A stretch of DNA of 64,000 nt from positions 3,038,001-3,102,000 of the forward strand of contig CM030338.1 in assembly GCA_017654855.1 (NCBI GenBank), given 5' to 3'. This stretch comes from Podospora anserina. Its lineage: Eukaryota. Position 1 is the stretch's first letter. Each line of letters starts with the position of its first letter. The position numbers and the translations under genes were made by a program. Below, piece by piece: positions 1 through 12,904 of the stretch. The notes under the pieces were generated by a model. It saw nothing but the letters and a program-made list of their open reading frames with translations, did not search any database and was not told the origin of the DNA.

Positions 1-2600
1 GAGTTGCTCTGGTTTTAGATCAGCAACACTCCTGGGGTTTACCCCCTTTGTTGACGTAACCATGTCCACCCCGACCAACCTCGCTTTTCTCGTGCTGCCG
101 CTGCTGCTGCTGCTGCTGCTGTTGGGGTCGATTTTCCAACTCCATGTTTGATATGATGAGTTTTTTGGAATAGATTCGATACGTAACCGTTGCCCGCCGA
201 CAAGGTCCTTGAATATTTTTCTCTTGTAAACCGTCTCGCTGGGGCTGGGAGAAGAAAGCGAAAAAGCCAACATGACCATCCTGTGCCCCTTTGGACAGCG
301 GCGCCATCCCTTTGGGCCGTTTTCCACGGGGAGGTGGTTCATATCAAGGAAGTGGTTGTAGCACGCCACGCAGAGATTTGTACAATCCCCAGCAGTGGCA
401 GAGGGGAGTTGGGAAGGGCAGGAGTAGCAGTGATAATAAACTTGGTTGCGAGGTATGGGCTTGGTACATTGCTCGCAGTGCTGTTTTGGGTCGGACGGGT
501 GGTAGACTCCTTTGCTGCGGGTGGTGCTGTTTGCGACGGCTATTGATGATGGCGCAAAGGGGGATTGTTGAGGGGAGGGTTTAGACATGTAGGTGAAGGG
601 GGTGAGGGGGTGGGGGCAGGATTTTCCTTTGCTGACGCAGGTGTTGCAGTACCCCCAGTCCCCAGCGTTGCAGGTGTCACATCCCCAGTGGAGGTCGTTG
701 CGCGTAAAGGCTGAGCACCCTGAGCAGAAGGTGCCTCGTTGTAACCGATCGGCTGGGTTTTCAGCTGTTAACGTCCGGCGACCTTCTGCTCCTCCCGGAA
801 GGGTAGAGGGGGGGAGGTATCGGCTCCCAACCAGTGTGTGCGGCGGTGGGAGGTCTGGGCCAAGTCGTTTCCACTTCTGGAGGGCGTTTGGGCCGTACCC
901 AAAGAAGTGTAGACATCCCTTGCCGCGGCGGTAGCAGTCGAGACAAATATTCCAGTTGCCTTCGTGGCAGAGATTGCAGTTGTAGTGGAGATCGTATTGG
1001 ATGTGTTCCCTGGAGCAGTGGTTGCATTGGATCAGGGGCTCTTTATACCACACTGGCTGGGCTCGTCGTGGGGACGCTAATGGCGGAGAGTTGATATCAT
1101 TGCTCAGCGGCCCTGACGTCGGCGCAAGAGTAGGAGAGTCATGTCGAGCGAGTTCCCTCCTAGCCGGACCAACTTCCGCCGGCAACTCCGTCGGTGATTG
1201 CTGTGTTGGTATAGTTCCAGCTGGTATCAAAGGTATCGGCATCGTTCCCGCAGGTACAAGCGGTATTGGCTCCCTCAGCGGAGAAGCCCTCTCTCCCGGC
1301 GACTCCCTCCGAGACGAAGGCGTCGTCGTCGTCGTCGTCACCGTAGCAGAAGTAGGCGAGCTCGAAGTCCCTCCTCTCAACCTCGGCCTCAACGGAGCAG
1401 GCGCATCCCCCAAAGCCACCGGATCAGTCTGCACCCTACTCCCCACCCTAACCGGCTCAGGAAACTGCGCCGGCGGCAACGGAACCGTGGCGCTCCTCCC
1501 ACTACTCGACGTCCGTCTCCTACTCCTCCCCGGCTCCTGCACCTCCAGTCTCCCAGCAAAACTGGTACTCGGTGGATACCTCCCCCTAGGCTCCCTGTCA
1601 CTCTCATTCCCACTCTGACTCGGCGCCCGTGAGTGAACCGTATGCCTACTCGCCGGCCGTGACCCCTCCCTCGTCGTCGTAACCACACCAGTCGCCGTCC
1701 TACTCCTCGGCCTGACCCCCTCAGTATTATGACTCCTCGAACTAGTCCCACTCCCCCTCACCCTCCCCCCCTCGTTATTCCTCACCCGTTCCCTATGCCT
1801 CCGTCTATACGCCTCCGTTATCCTCCGACTAAGTTCATCATTGTTCTCCAAATCAATATTATCCAAATCCAACCCATCCAGCAACCCCTCCTCCTGAATC
1901 TGCCTCGCAAACTCCTCCACCTCCCGTTCGATATCCCTCGCATCCACCCCTTCCGTACTGATTAAACTCCTGAGGCTGCTCTGGTGAGTAACCTCCCGTT
2001 CCCTCTCCCTCCTCCTTTCCCTCCTTCGCTCACCACTATCCCCTCTCCTCCGCCCCAACCCCTCCGTCGCCTCCCTCAAACTAACAGCCTGCACCCGTTC
2101 CAACAACCTCCTCTCCTCCTCATCCCGTTCCACCTCCTCCCTCGTCCTATCCTGAAACGGCAGTCGCGGCATTATGTCTTCTCCCCGTTTATACTGTCCA
2201 TCCATCTCCCTCTTCTCCTCCTCGCTCTTGATCCTCTCAAAAGTAGGATTGATCCTTTCAAACATTTCTAGTAGTGTCGCCACCCTAGCATCATGTTTCG
2301 TGTCCCTTACCCTATCCCGACAACTCGGACAAGTGTACACAGCGAAATCGGGCGGGGGAGGGGGACCGGGGCGGGAGAGGAGGGAGGAGGCTTGGAAGGA
2401 GAACCAGGACTTCAGGCAGGGGGCACAGAAGGTGTGCAGGCAGTCCAGGAGGGTTAGGGGGGTGTGGAGGAGGTCGGTGCAGATCTGCAGCACGGGAACA
2501 TCAGTAGTCGTCGGGGTAGGAAGGGAGGGATGGGGCTTACGGAGCAGGTGAGTTCCGCCTCTAGGGAAATCGCCGGGCCTGGGTTGGTTGAGGTCGACAT
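1..2600 (-). CDS. RING-finger / multi-Zn-finger protein (putative E3 ligase), 3' end outside the window
   Basis: ATG at 2600 (MSTSTNPGPAISLEAELTCS) and a GT-AG intron at 2540-2485. This gives the RING motif CSICTDLL..LDCLHTFCAPCL..YTCPSCR. The same frame holds the Cys motifs LHWGCDTCNAGDWGYCNTC (about 690-640) and WRRCPKGHRM (306-277), and is open at the window edge. The CTG repeat at about 100-121 encodes poly-Ser in this frame. Confidence 0.8.
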
Positions 2601-3544
2601 CGTGAGACAGGTAAGGGCCCGTCACCCCCGGACCCGAGAGTGTGGTTGAACGAACGGGCGGGCGGGATCGATTTCGGGACGGAGGGTAAGGTGAGTTGAC
2701 GAAAAATAAGGGCCCAACTGCTGTGTTCTTGTCCTTCTTGAATCGTTGCAAGTATCGGTGTGAACCACCAAATCGGCGGGGGTGATAGGTAAAGATCTAC
2801 AGCTTTAAATCCGCAAGAAACCCGAGATAAAAAAGACACTAGAACCCTCTCCCGGGTCCCGAGTATATACATACACAAATACGAATCCACGCCGAGAAAA
2901 CTGGGCACCGTCAAAATCAACCTCAAAGTGCAGGGCTGAGCTTGCTGACATCGCTCTCCATCCAACTGCAGCTCGCCCTGCCCGCCCATCACCAGGCGGG
3001 GCAAATCGTGGGGCTCTCCATAATCTCCACTGATGTCCCCCAGGATCATGCATATACCGATGGATAAACGATCAGTACCAGATTCCCAGATTCCAATCGT
3101 CTAGAAATGCACACAAACTCGTCATATCAAACTCATTACAGCTATAAATAATGCAAGGGCTATGTACGCACACCATGTCATCTATGCAATCTACCCAACT
3201 AAATGACGACCACCCAAACCCCCCCCCCCTTATTCATACCTCAACACTCTCCCACCTCGCTATCATCCCGCCTCCTCGTGAGAACCAATGCCGGATTTCC
3301 GTACATGTTGTAATTCCAACTACTACCAAAAAAAACAAAAAAAAACAAAAAAAAAAACTAAAAAAAAAAAATTAAAATAAAAAAAAACTCCATGTATATG
3401 TCATTATGCAAAAAAAGAAGGAAAAAAACAAGTTTCTGAATCTGGAACACTCATCAACGCCTAAACCCCCTATCCTACCCTACGCCTTTCAAATCAAACC
3501 GATATTACAGAAAGGAAAAAAAAAACATGGAAAGAAGCCTGTTG

Positions 3545-5565
3545 TTACGTCTCGTCGTTCTTGACGGATGGCTCGCCCTCGTACTCTTTGCACATTCCAT
3601 ACCATGCCCTAGAACGACAGCCGGCTGTTTCTGTTACTGTTGGAGCAGGCGTCGTGCTGGGCATGGTTGGTGGAGGGGTAATAGTGGACTGCTCGGTAGT
3701 TGTCGTGGAGCTTGTGCCTATTGTTGTGATATCATCATAGCATCCCCAGAATCGGCCTGGGGTGGCGCATGAGGTGGTGGGAGTGGGAGTGGGCGTGGGA
3801 GTTGTTGAAGTGATTGTCGTTGTCAAGGTTGTCTTATCCTTGCAACCAAACCATCCCCTAGATCTGTTAGCACAGTGTTTCTATTTGAGTCCATATTCAT
3901 AAACTTACGGAGTCAGGCACGTGGTCGTCGTTGCCGTTGTGGTAACAGTGGTAGTAGTGATTGTGCCCGTGGTGGTGGTGGTGGTAGTCTCATCCAGGCA
4001 GCCCCACCATCCTGGCGTCTTGCAAGTCTCAGTTCGGGTCCTTGTCTTTTCGGTGGACGTGGCCGATGTCGACGTCGTCGTAGTCTCTGTGCCGTTGCTC
4101 TCGTACATCTTCCAATTGCCACAGTCTCTGCACTCTGGCGTAAACTTGCACTTGGCCGCTTCGTCATACTTGAGGATGACATCGTGAATGACGGATCGAA
4201 TCTTGTGCGTACCAATTCCGACGCGCCACCCCTTGTCAGCCACCGTATCGTACACACACTCCATGCCTGTGTGACAGGCTGTTTCTAGAGCATAACCGCC
4301 GTACGAGCAAGAAGCGGTGGCTCCGTTGCAGGTACCAATGTAGATTGGGTCGGCGGTGTGTCCAAAGTGAAAGGCACCCGTGTACCGCCTAGCTTGCGGT
4401 GCTTCCGGGTCAGCACCAGGAGGCACGGGCAAGCCCAGTCTGCTGGCTGGCAAGGCTTCCGGAACGGCCTGGAAGGTCACGGTCGGAACGCCATACGTAA
4501 GGCCGAGGAAAGAGCTGACAGCACCTCCGAGAGAGTGGCCAGTCAACCAGATGTTGGCATTGGGATAGAGCTCCGTAACATTGGCATAGAGCTCACGGCC
4601 CGCCTGGTAGTAGCGGTTCTCCTCCCGCAACGCCTGAGTAACGCACGTCGTGTTGCAAGTATAGGTCGACGTCGCGCAAGAGCAAACCTGCCGCCATGTC
4701 CAGGGTCCTTGCTGAGCGCAGCAGCAACTGAAAAAGAGGTTATCGTTTTCTTTATCGTTGGTCGTCGTGCCATCACCGTCAAAGACGGCGAGCGAGGTGC
4801 CCTTCAAGCCAATCACTACCGTCGAGTTTGTCTGGTCCGCAAAGATATGTCCACGCAATCCATCGCCCTGCCAACCAAAGTCAGCACTTCTGTTAAACGG
4901 CCTTCCAACCTCTTCCCAATCGGCCTCTCCCTCGTGCTCCACGTAGGCGTCGGCTGCCATGTATGCCATCGTCAGGACTGTCTGCTTATCGGTAATATTG
5001 GGCCCTGGAACCTCGTCCATGGTCCACGCCGATGGGGCAAGAACCGAAACAAAACCCTGTTGTCTTGATTGAGCCACGAGGGGGTCTACCACGGCGGGTC
5101 TGCGGTCGACCAACCGCTGTATCGTCACCACGTCACTCTGCGCTCGGAGCGGGCCAATGCGCTCGCGGCCGTATCCATCTTCGGCGGCCAAAAAGACGTT
5201 CGCTTTTGTCGCATCGACATCCTGTTTTCGGTGAAGGCCGGGGTGCTTGTGAGTACCATGGTGGAAGACGTGGCGCAGGGTCTGGTGGCAGATTGATGGG
5301 TTAGCCCACTCGTCATACACAGCGATAAGATAACAAGACTTACAAAGGTGTGTTCGGCAGGCTGCGGGGCTTCTGGTGATAGACCTGGAATCGGAGAGAT
5401 GTCTATTGGTATAGGTAGCACCTGTTGCGCATTTCCCTGGTGGTTTCTGGGCGCTGTCGCGATGGTAGTCCCGGAGAGGGCGAGGAAGGACAACAATAGC
5501 TGGGCGGTGACCCGTCCATTCGATGTGCACTGGGCGCCTGCCTCCTTCCTCCTCCACCACATCAT
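3545..5565 (-). CDS. ATG15: Vacuolar/autophagy lipase Atg15
   Basis: N-terminal hydrophobic segment and TLRHVFHHG after intron 5343-5282. Also NLFFSCCCA and the lipase motif LTGHSLGGA. Second intron at 3908-3858, followed by a Thr-rich tail. Confidence 0.9.
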
Positions 5566-7133
5566 GGCCGGCGTGTTATTGTGGCGATGGGAGGGTTGAG
5601 GGCAAGGTGATGACGGGTGATGGTAGATGCTGTCCGTCGACTGTTGGCTACGGGTGAATCATGAGTGAAATCGCTGGTTGAATGAACGGTGAAAGAGAGA
5701 GAGAGACTAGATCCCCGCGTGTTGCTGGCATCCATATGACGACGCAAGGTTGGGTGCATGGGCGCGCCGATCGGAAAAGGATACGCCACCGCCAATCAGC
5801 GCCGCTGAACCTTTGCGGTACCTGCCTATGGCGCATCAAAGAGGCTCAACTTTTGGTTACTCGATATTCTCATCTTCATCTATGCGTAGTTCATAATATT
5901 GAAGTCTCCTAAGTCATTTAATCGCTGAATATATCTATCTTGCCTCCCTTCTCAACATCATCTTATGAACCTTGTTCCCAAAGATACCTCCAGGGCATGT
6001 GTCACGCTGCTGCGAGCAGATGCATGGCATTGATAACAACAACTGGCAGGCCAAGTATCTTCCCCGCTATTGGACAGCAAAAGGTACTCCGCTTCGAGTG
6101 GAGCGATAACAGCCTCATCTAACCCCGGATCTGCTGGGCCTCGTTGTCCCATGACATGCATCAACAACTCACCCGTTGAGTTGGTTGGTGCCTGCTGACG
6201 ACTGAAGGCGGTGACAAAGACCTTTTTTTCGTCTTTTTAGATCTTCCAACTAGATTTAGCTGAACTACTTCTCTTCAGTATATTCTCAGCACTCAGTAGC
6301 TCTCGAAGAATATCCATTGTATAGTGTAATCCCAAGGCCATGACTGGTTGAAGCGGTGATGCTCCAAGATCGTATTCCATGTGCCATAAACATGCATACC
6401 TTACGTCTGTCGCTACAATCGTCATCGGCCACGAGTCTCACCTTGCAGCCGTTTCCTTTCTTTCCCAGTCATTCGAGAATTCGGGTCCTCCACAAGGCGA
6501 GGCCAGTCTCGTGCGCACCTTGAAGGCTGGCGGCGTCCGATAACAAACCTCTTATCGGACCCACCACGAGTACGTACCTCGCCCAGCACCGGCACCTCAA
6601 CTGTGACAGCTCGAACAAGAGCTCCGTTTCTCCCGCGACGAAGTGTCTCTTGTCTGTTCTAGCGACTCGCGTCGTCCCGAATTCCCCTCCCCTCTCTCAA
6701 TCCCTTCCTCACTTTGCACCGCCAGCTTCAGTGTTCATTCATTCTGTTTCTCCAACGGGTTGGCTCTTGAGGTGGTTCGGTCTGTGGGTGGTCTGTACGG
6801 CTGGGCCTGTGGTTTCAAGGCTCCCCTAAAATTACTACCATAAGCCACTGCGACAGCATCAGCCAGCCAGGTGAGGTAAACGGCCAATGTTGACCACCCC
6901 GTGTTTTTTTCTGTCATTAGGTTATGCCCAGTGCAGCCACAAGGGATGCGGCGATCTCCCGCTCGTTTATCTTTTTGTAGACTTTTCTTCTGCTATTGTT
7001 CTCCAGAAACCCCCCTGCTTTGAAGGAAGCGCATTGTGGTCACGGATCCTGCGGATAGAGACTTGAACACAGCACTGACATGTTGTCCAGCCTGAGCCCA
7101 AACCCCAGCAACAGCAGCACCGACAGCAGCATC

Positions 7134-9521
7134 ATGTCGTCCAACCCACCAAGTGCCACAGAGCGCTCTGGCTCCTCGAGACCTCTTCGTTCCTTTCGTG
7201 TCGAGCGCTCACCCTCCCCGGAACCAACGTCTCGTCCAAAGAGAGCCAGTACCATCATGACGGGACCAACGCCTGGTGCGAAGTCCATGGTCCGTACTGC
7301 GTCTGGCACGCATGTGAGGCTGGACAGCGAGACGGAAAGGCCAGACACCTTTGAGAGCCGGATTAGTGAGGAGAATGCCGATTCTGAACCACCGAGGGCC
7401 TCAGTTGACCTGGACGATCTGCCCATCGAGCTGGTCAGCTTGACCGACGGCTTCATTGACTCATTGTCGGCCAAGGTCCATTCCACTCCGCCAAATATTG
7501 ACAGGCTGTCGCAAATGTTCCAGGACTTTTATGCTACTGCCTCAGCCCATATCAGGACCCATATCGACAGCCTGGCTACTCTGCAGAGGCGAGATGTGTC
7601 TCCGACGCCAGCCCTGTCGACCAGAGCATCTGCTGCCAGCTTGCTCCGGGCCAAGGCTGCTTCGCTGGGTACCAAGGAGAAGACGAAGCCAGGAGTTGTC
7701 AGAAGGGAGTCAGAGATGTTGACACCAGAAGAGCTGGCGGAAAGGAAAAAGGCGCGGAGAGCGCTGGAGCAGAAGAAGGGACTCTTGGAGGAAGCCGTGG
7801 AGAGGAGGTTATGTGAAGGAGTCTACAGCAAAATCTACCGCCATCGTACCACTCAAGACGAAGCACAGGATGCCAAACTCCGGTCAAAAACTGCTGCCCT
7901 CGCCGTGGTTGATATTGGGCCCGTGGATCTCGGTGTCGAGCTCGGCACACCGGAAAATGATCCAGAAGCGATCGCCAAGAAGACGGCCGAGGTCAAGGAG
8001 TGGTTAGAGGGCGCAAGGAAAGAGCTCACGTTGATGAGCCAGGCGCGGTATCCCCTTCGGAAGATCAACCACCTAAAGGCCGCCTTCAAGAGCATCATTG
8101 ATACCCTGGCACATTTCCACCCCTCGTCCTCGGCCGATGAGCTCATGCCCATGCTCATCTACACTCTCATCACCCTCCCACCACAGAACCTCAACGCCAT
8201 CAGTGACATCAACTTCATCCAGCGCTTCCGCTGGGAACAAAAGCTAACCGGCGAGGCCTCCTACTGCCTAACAACTCTCGAAGCGACAATCAGCTTCCTC
8301 GAAACCGTGGATCTATCCACCCTCCGCGCCGACGAAACCCCCGGCGGGCCCATGAAAGCCCCCGGCTCACCCCCTAAAGAAAACACCTTTCCCCCAGCCT
8401 TCTCACCCACCTCACCCTCTCCCCCGACCGCCGCCACCGCCATCGCGGCGGCAGCCGCCTCCAGTCCAAACCCTAACACAGCAGCAGCCTCCCTCTCCGC
8501 CAATTTGATCAGGCCCCCCTCCCCCTCCCCCTCCTCAGCAGCCGCAGCGGGCTTCCGCTCCACAGTCTCGCAACAGCTCCGCAACCGCCGCCTCTCAGAC
8601 CTAGTAAACACCCCCGCCCAAGCCTTCAACGCCGCCTCCGACGCTGTCCTCTCAACAGTCAACACCGCCGACCAGTCCTTGAAAACAATAGGAAACTCCC
8701 TCGGCGACAGCTATAAATTCCTCCTCGGCAAGCTCCGCGAACCTCTCTCCCAACCCGACGGCCAAGTCCTCGTGCCCAAAACCCTCGACGACGCAAGGAA
8801 ACTGATCGAGACACCACCGCCACCCCTCGACAGGGCTGACTCCCCCTCCCCTGGCCCGGGTCCGGTGTCAGAAGACCGCCCCCCATTATTGTCTTTCATC
8901 TCAGGCACAGGCCGCAAAATATCTCGCGAACCTTCCGCGGATAGTACCCGCAGCGGGGGCTCACGACGCGCCCTAGACGAACCCAATTTACGCCCCCCCG
9001 CATCAACAACAACAACAATAGCAGTAGCCACAGGAGGGGGCGGTAGTCCAGTTGTGACCAGCCCGTTAGACTCCATGAGACAATTAGGCAACTCGTTCAA
9101 CCCCTTGGGTCGGATCTCGGCCGGCATCGGCGGCTTTCGCAACTTTGGCCGTTCAACGCCCACACCGTCATCACCTGCGCCACCCACGCCGACGAAGGAT
9201 GCTGTTTCTACTCTCTCAACCCGTGGGTTGGGAGTCACGACCGGGGCTGTGGGGACAGAAGGGGGTGATTTGGCTACTGTGAGTCCAAGTCCAACCACAA
9301 CTGGTGATATAACAAGGGCAAGCGGTGCTGACGACTGTGCGAAAAAGGCATTTCCCGATCTGGCAGGGTCACTCCCGCCAAAGAAAATCGAGGGGCCGAT
9401 ACAGAAGTTTGTGAACATGCAGAATGCCGCCGAAATGAAAGTGGGGGATGTGTTTGAGCTGCTGAAGGACTACAAGAGGTTGGCTGGGGCGATCAAGGAG
9501 ATGGGGGGGTTCAAGGAGTGA
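7134..9521 (+). CDS. VPS9-domain Rab5 GEF (Muk1-like)
   Basis: VPS9 motifs SADELMPMLIYTLI and GEASYCLTTLEATISFL. Probable in-frame intron at 9279-9347. The start is uncertain: there is an acceptor-like CTGAC..CAG ending at 7090, so an upstream exon is possible. Confidence 0.8.
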   Translation: MSSNPPSATERSGSSRPLRSFRVERSPSPEPTSRPKRASTIMTGPTPGAKSMVRTASGTHVRLDSETERPDTFESRISEENADSEPPRASVDLDDLPIELVSLTDGFIDSLSAKVHSTPPNIDRLSQMFQDFYATASAHIRTHIDSLATLQRRDVSPTPALSTRASAASLLRAKAASLGTKEKTKPGVVRRESEMLTPEELAERKKARRALEQKKGLLEEAVERRLCEGVYSKIYRHRTTQDEAQDAKLRSKTAALAVVDIGPVDLGVELGTPENDPEAIAKKTAEVKEWLEGARKELTLMSQARYPLRKINHLKAAFKSIIDTLAHFHPSSSADELMPMLIYTLITLPPQNLNAISDINFIQRFRWEQKLTGEASYCLTTLEATISFLETVDLSTLRADETPGGPMKAPGSPPKENTFPPAFSPTSPSPPTAATAIAAAAASSPNPNTAAASLSANLIRPPSPSPSSAAAAGFRSTVSQQLRNRRLSDLVNTPAQAFNAASDAVLSTVNTADQSLKTIGNSLGDSYKFLLGKLREPLSQPDGQVLVPKTLDDARKLIETPPPPLDRADSPSPGPGPVSEDRPPLLSFISGTGRKISREPSADSTRSGGSRRALDEPNLRPPASTTTTIAVATGGGGSPVVTSPLDSMRQLGNSFNPLGRISAGIGGFRNFGRSTPTPSSPAPPTPTKDAVSTLSTRGLGVTTGAVGTEGGDLATVSPSPTTTGDITRASGADDCAKKAFPDLAGSLPPKKIEGPIQKFVNMQNAAEMKVGDVFELLKDYKRLAGAIKEMGGFKE

Positions 9522-10130
9522 TGATGTTGGGTACCTAAGTGTGTTGGAATAGATGAGGGTAAAAGGTTGGATGTATGTGGTGACTGGCATCTTGCATTCG
9601 GAATGGATAAACAAATCTAGGATATGACAGGTAGAAAGTGTCAAGAGAAATGAAATCATCATTATCAGCAGTTTGAAGCACATAAAAATTGAAATCAGCA
9701 AAACTGTATAAGAGTACTCTTTATTTCTCTAATCCTACCCTACTTCTTCCTTCCCCTCCCCTTTCCTATCCTTTTTGCTTTGCTTGTGTGAGGTGTAAAA
9801 AAACCAAATTTGACCTCCATCCATCCATCCATCCATCCATCCATCCATCCACCTTTCCACCCAATGCTTCCTTCCATCCCAGCCAACCATTCATTCATTC
9901 ACCTATCCATCATTCACGATACACCACCCAGTAGCAGCAACTATCCACCCAGCCACACCAACCTGATAACAGATGCCACCTACCTAAATGCCACCAGCCA
10001 ACAAAGATTAAATCGAAAAACCCGTATAAAATAAAGAAACCCACCAACAAGGCAAACCAAAAATCCAGGGGCATGGTGGTGCACCAGTAACACTAACCCG
10101 CTTCTTTTGCTCAACCGCCCCCTTCCTCCA

Positions 10131-12904
10131 TCAATAAACCCCATTCTTCCCACTAGCCACACTCTTCGCCGGACTCGTCCTCCCATTCGTCCTTTCCCCC
10201 AAAATCCCACTTACATTACTCCTCCCACTCCCACTACTAGCCGGCCTGCCCCCCTCATCAGCAATCAACCTCTCCATAAAAGCAATATAATCAAACTGCC
10301 TCTTCCCCCTGTCCTCCTTCACATCCGGCCCCTTGTGCTCAGGAATAATCTCCACCAGCTTCTCAATCACCTCGTCCGGCACCAAGCTATGCCGCAGATC
10401 CATCTCCGTCACATACGGCTTCCCGTCCGCCACCTCCCTAAAGCTCTGAAACACCTGCTCCGCCGTGTTCTGATCCTCCGTCACATCAACCATGAACCGA
10501 ATAAACTGCTCAAACGTCACCCTGTCCCGCCCGTTCGACGTCGCCAAAAAGTACTCGTGCATCTCATCCTCGGAAAAAACCAAGCCCAGCGACGCCAACG
10601 CGGCCGAAAACTCAATTTCCGACAGGGAATTGCTGTCGTCTCGGTCAAAGTGCCTAAAGACAGACTCGAATTCCTCGAGCTGGATAGGCGTGAGGTTCGT
10701 CATGCTCCGTGCCACGACTTGGTTGTCCAAGAAGGCCAATTTTTTCGAAACCGACGATTTGACGAGCGAGAGCTCGTACACCAGCTCGTCGTACGTGTAA
10801 GTCGTAAAGTCGTTTTCTTCAATGTTCGCCTCCTGGCACTTGGCGTCTACTGCCGCGATGGTCACCAGGTACGCGTCTAGAGGTGGTAAGTTATCCGACA
10901 GCTTTCTGACATGGTGCAGCTGGTCTTCTACATCGCCTTCCAGCCCTGATATGGCTAGTTGCATCGTGTTGAGGGCGAGCGCAAAATCGTTGGCCTTGTC
11001 GGCAAAGGACTTGCGGAGGGCGTTTTTGATGCTGTCTTTGTCAGTTTTGGAATCCAAAAAAAGAAAAAGAAAAAGAAAGAAAAAAAAAGGATGAGGGCAA
11101 GATCTCACTCTCTAATGGTCTCATTGATCAATTGACCGCGCGCCATCTCAGACTTGGTCAGATTCGACCATTCCCTATCAAGCGTATCTAGACTCAAATG
11201 CGCCGGTGGATCATACGGCCGCAACCGATACGTCCCCAACTTGGTCTTGATGTTCCCCAACAGCGTCGCCAACTCGCTCTTCTCCGCCACCCACTCCCTC
11301 TTGACACCCCTCTTGTAAGACGCAAACTCACTCGCCTGCGCCTTGGCGTCAGCATAAGTCCCCTCAAACTTTGCAGTCTGCCAGCTCTCAATCTGGGCAC
11401 GGATGGCCTTGAGAAGAGCAGCCATTCTCCTCTCATAAGCGCTCTGCATCTCCCAGGCACCCTGCATGTTGTTCACAAACTTCTCCACGCGCCGACCCGC
11501 GTTCTCAACCTTTTCCATCTGAGAAAAGGCGTGGAACCAGTAGGCAATATACGTCATGAGCGAGCGCTCGTCAGGCTTGGCCACATCGCACACATCCTCC
11601 ACATCAAGCAGCTTGGGGATGCCAATCTCCTTATGAGCGATATCAAACGCCAGCTGCATGTTGCCCCGGTGATCCGACTTGTCGAGAGCGTCATAGTCAA
11701 TCAGGTCGGGACGGTGGATATCAAGCAAGGCACAGAATGCCAGGCCATCATTCCAGCTCGCACTAAAATCCCGTACGTCGACCTCGTCGTAACAGGCTGT
11801 TTTACGTTGACACCACAGAAGTAGACCTTCTTTGGCCGTCATACCCTCCTCGTTAATGTCACTGATGGTGAAACGCAAAATAAGCGTCCATATCAGCCCC
11901 AGGATAATCTTTCTGTTTCCGTCCACGACATCTTCGGCGCCTATATTCGTCATTTGAATCCCTCGGGATTTGATAAAGTTGAGGGCGAGGTTGGCGTTCT
12001 CGAAGCGCTGCACACGCAGCTTTGGTTTGGCGGCATATCGGCCGAGTGATTCGCCCGAGAGACACTCGAGGAGGTGGATGAGCATTACCTGTTGGAAAAA
12101 CCGGTCAGCATATATACTTCCGACGGCTTTTGCCAGAGAATAATAATAAAAAACACATACGCCATCACTCAGGTCTTGCACCAGATCCTTGACCTCAAGG
12201 TTCCGGACTTCCAACTTTGTGTTTAGCCATTTGGTAAAGGTCTTTTGCTGGACCGTGATCCAGCGCTGCTGCTCGGCGAAGGCCATCCTGGTCAGGCCCT
12301 GCTCGTGGGGAGGTTCGGTGGCGGCGAGAGCGTCGGCGGCGGGGGTGTTCGAGGCCCGCTTGAAGCGGCCTTTCAACGAGTTTTCCCTCTTGCTGGCGAG
12401 GGCTAGGCTGGTTGAGCCTGAACGCTGCAGTCGAGCGGCATGCAGCTGTTTGGCGTCGCGGCGGCTGCGGGTGAGTGGTGGCCGTTGGGGTTGGGGACTG
12501 CCCGTGTGAGCACCGAGACCACCAGGTGGGGATGATGGAGATTTGGCGGTGGGGACGTCGTCAGTGCAGTGGGTAGTGTGGCTAGTGCACGATGATGAAG
12601 CGGTGCTGGCGATGGATGCCCGTCTGTATTCGTCGTCGTCGGCGTTGTTGTCGCAGATGTCAAAGGTGGTATCCGTGGAGTATTCGGATGAGCCGTTGGA
12701 GGAGGCTACCGAGGACACCGAGAGCGCGGAGGGGCGGTTGACAATGGTTGTGGTGGTGGTGGTGGTGGCGCTGTGGCTGCCCGAGTGTTGCTGTAAACAA
12801 TCGAGATCAGGGAATCGCTCCAGCTCCAACCCCAACCCCACGCTGTTGCCGGGCAGGCCTGGTGCCGGCTGTCCGCCAGCGGCACAACTGTCAAATCCCG
12901 CCAT
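10131..12904 (-). CDS. ain1: Alpha-actinin-like protein (2 CH domains, spectrin-like repeats, EF-hands)
   Basis: QQKTFTKWLN, IGAEDVVDGN, KEGLLLWCQ and SWNDGLAFCAL, plus EF-hand FRHFDRDDSNSL. Introns at 12160-12089 and 11108-11032. The start codon is uncertain (12904, or the later MAFAEQQRW ATG). Confidence 0.9.

Noticed and set aside
20-307. Poly-Q ORF on the minus strand
   Set aside because: It is an alternative frame of the RING gene, where the repeat encodes poly-Ser.
3328-3387. A-rich tract as a retroelement tail
   Set aside because: No element body or target-site duplication is present. It is a T-rich stretch in the ATG15 3' region.
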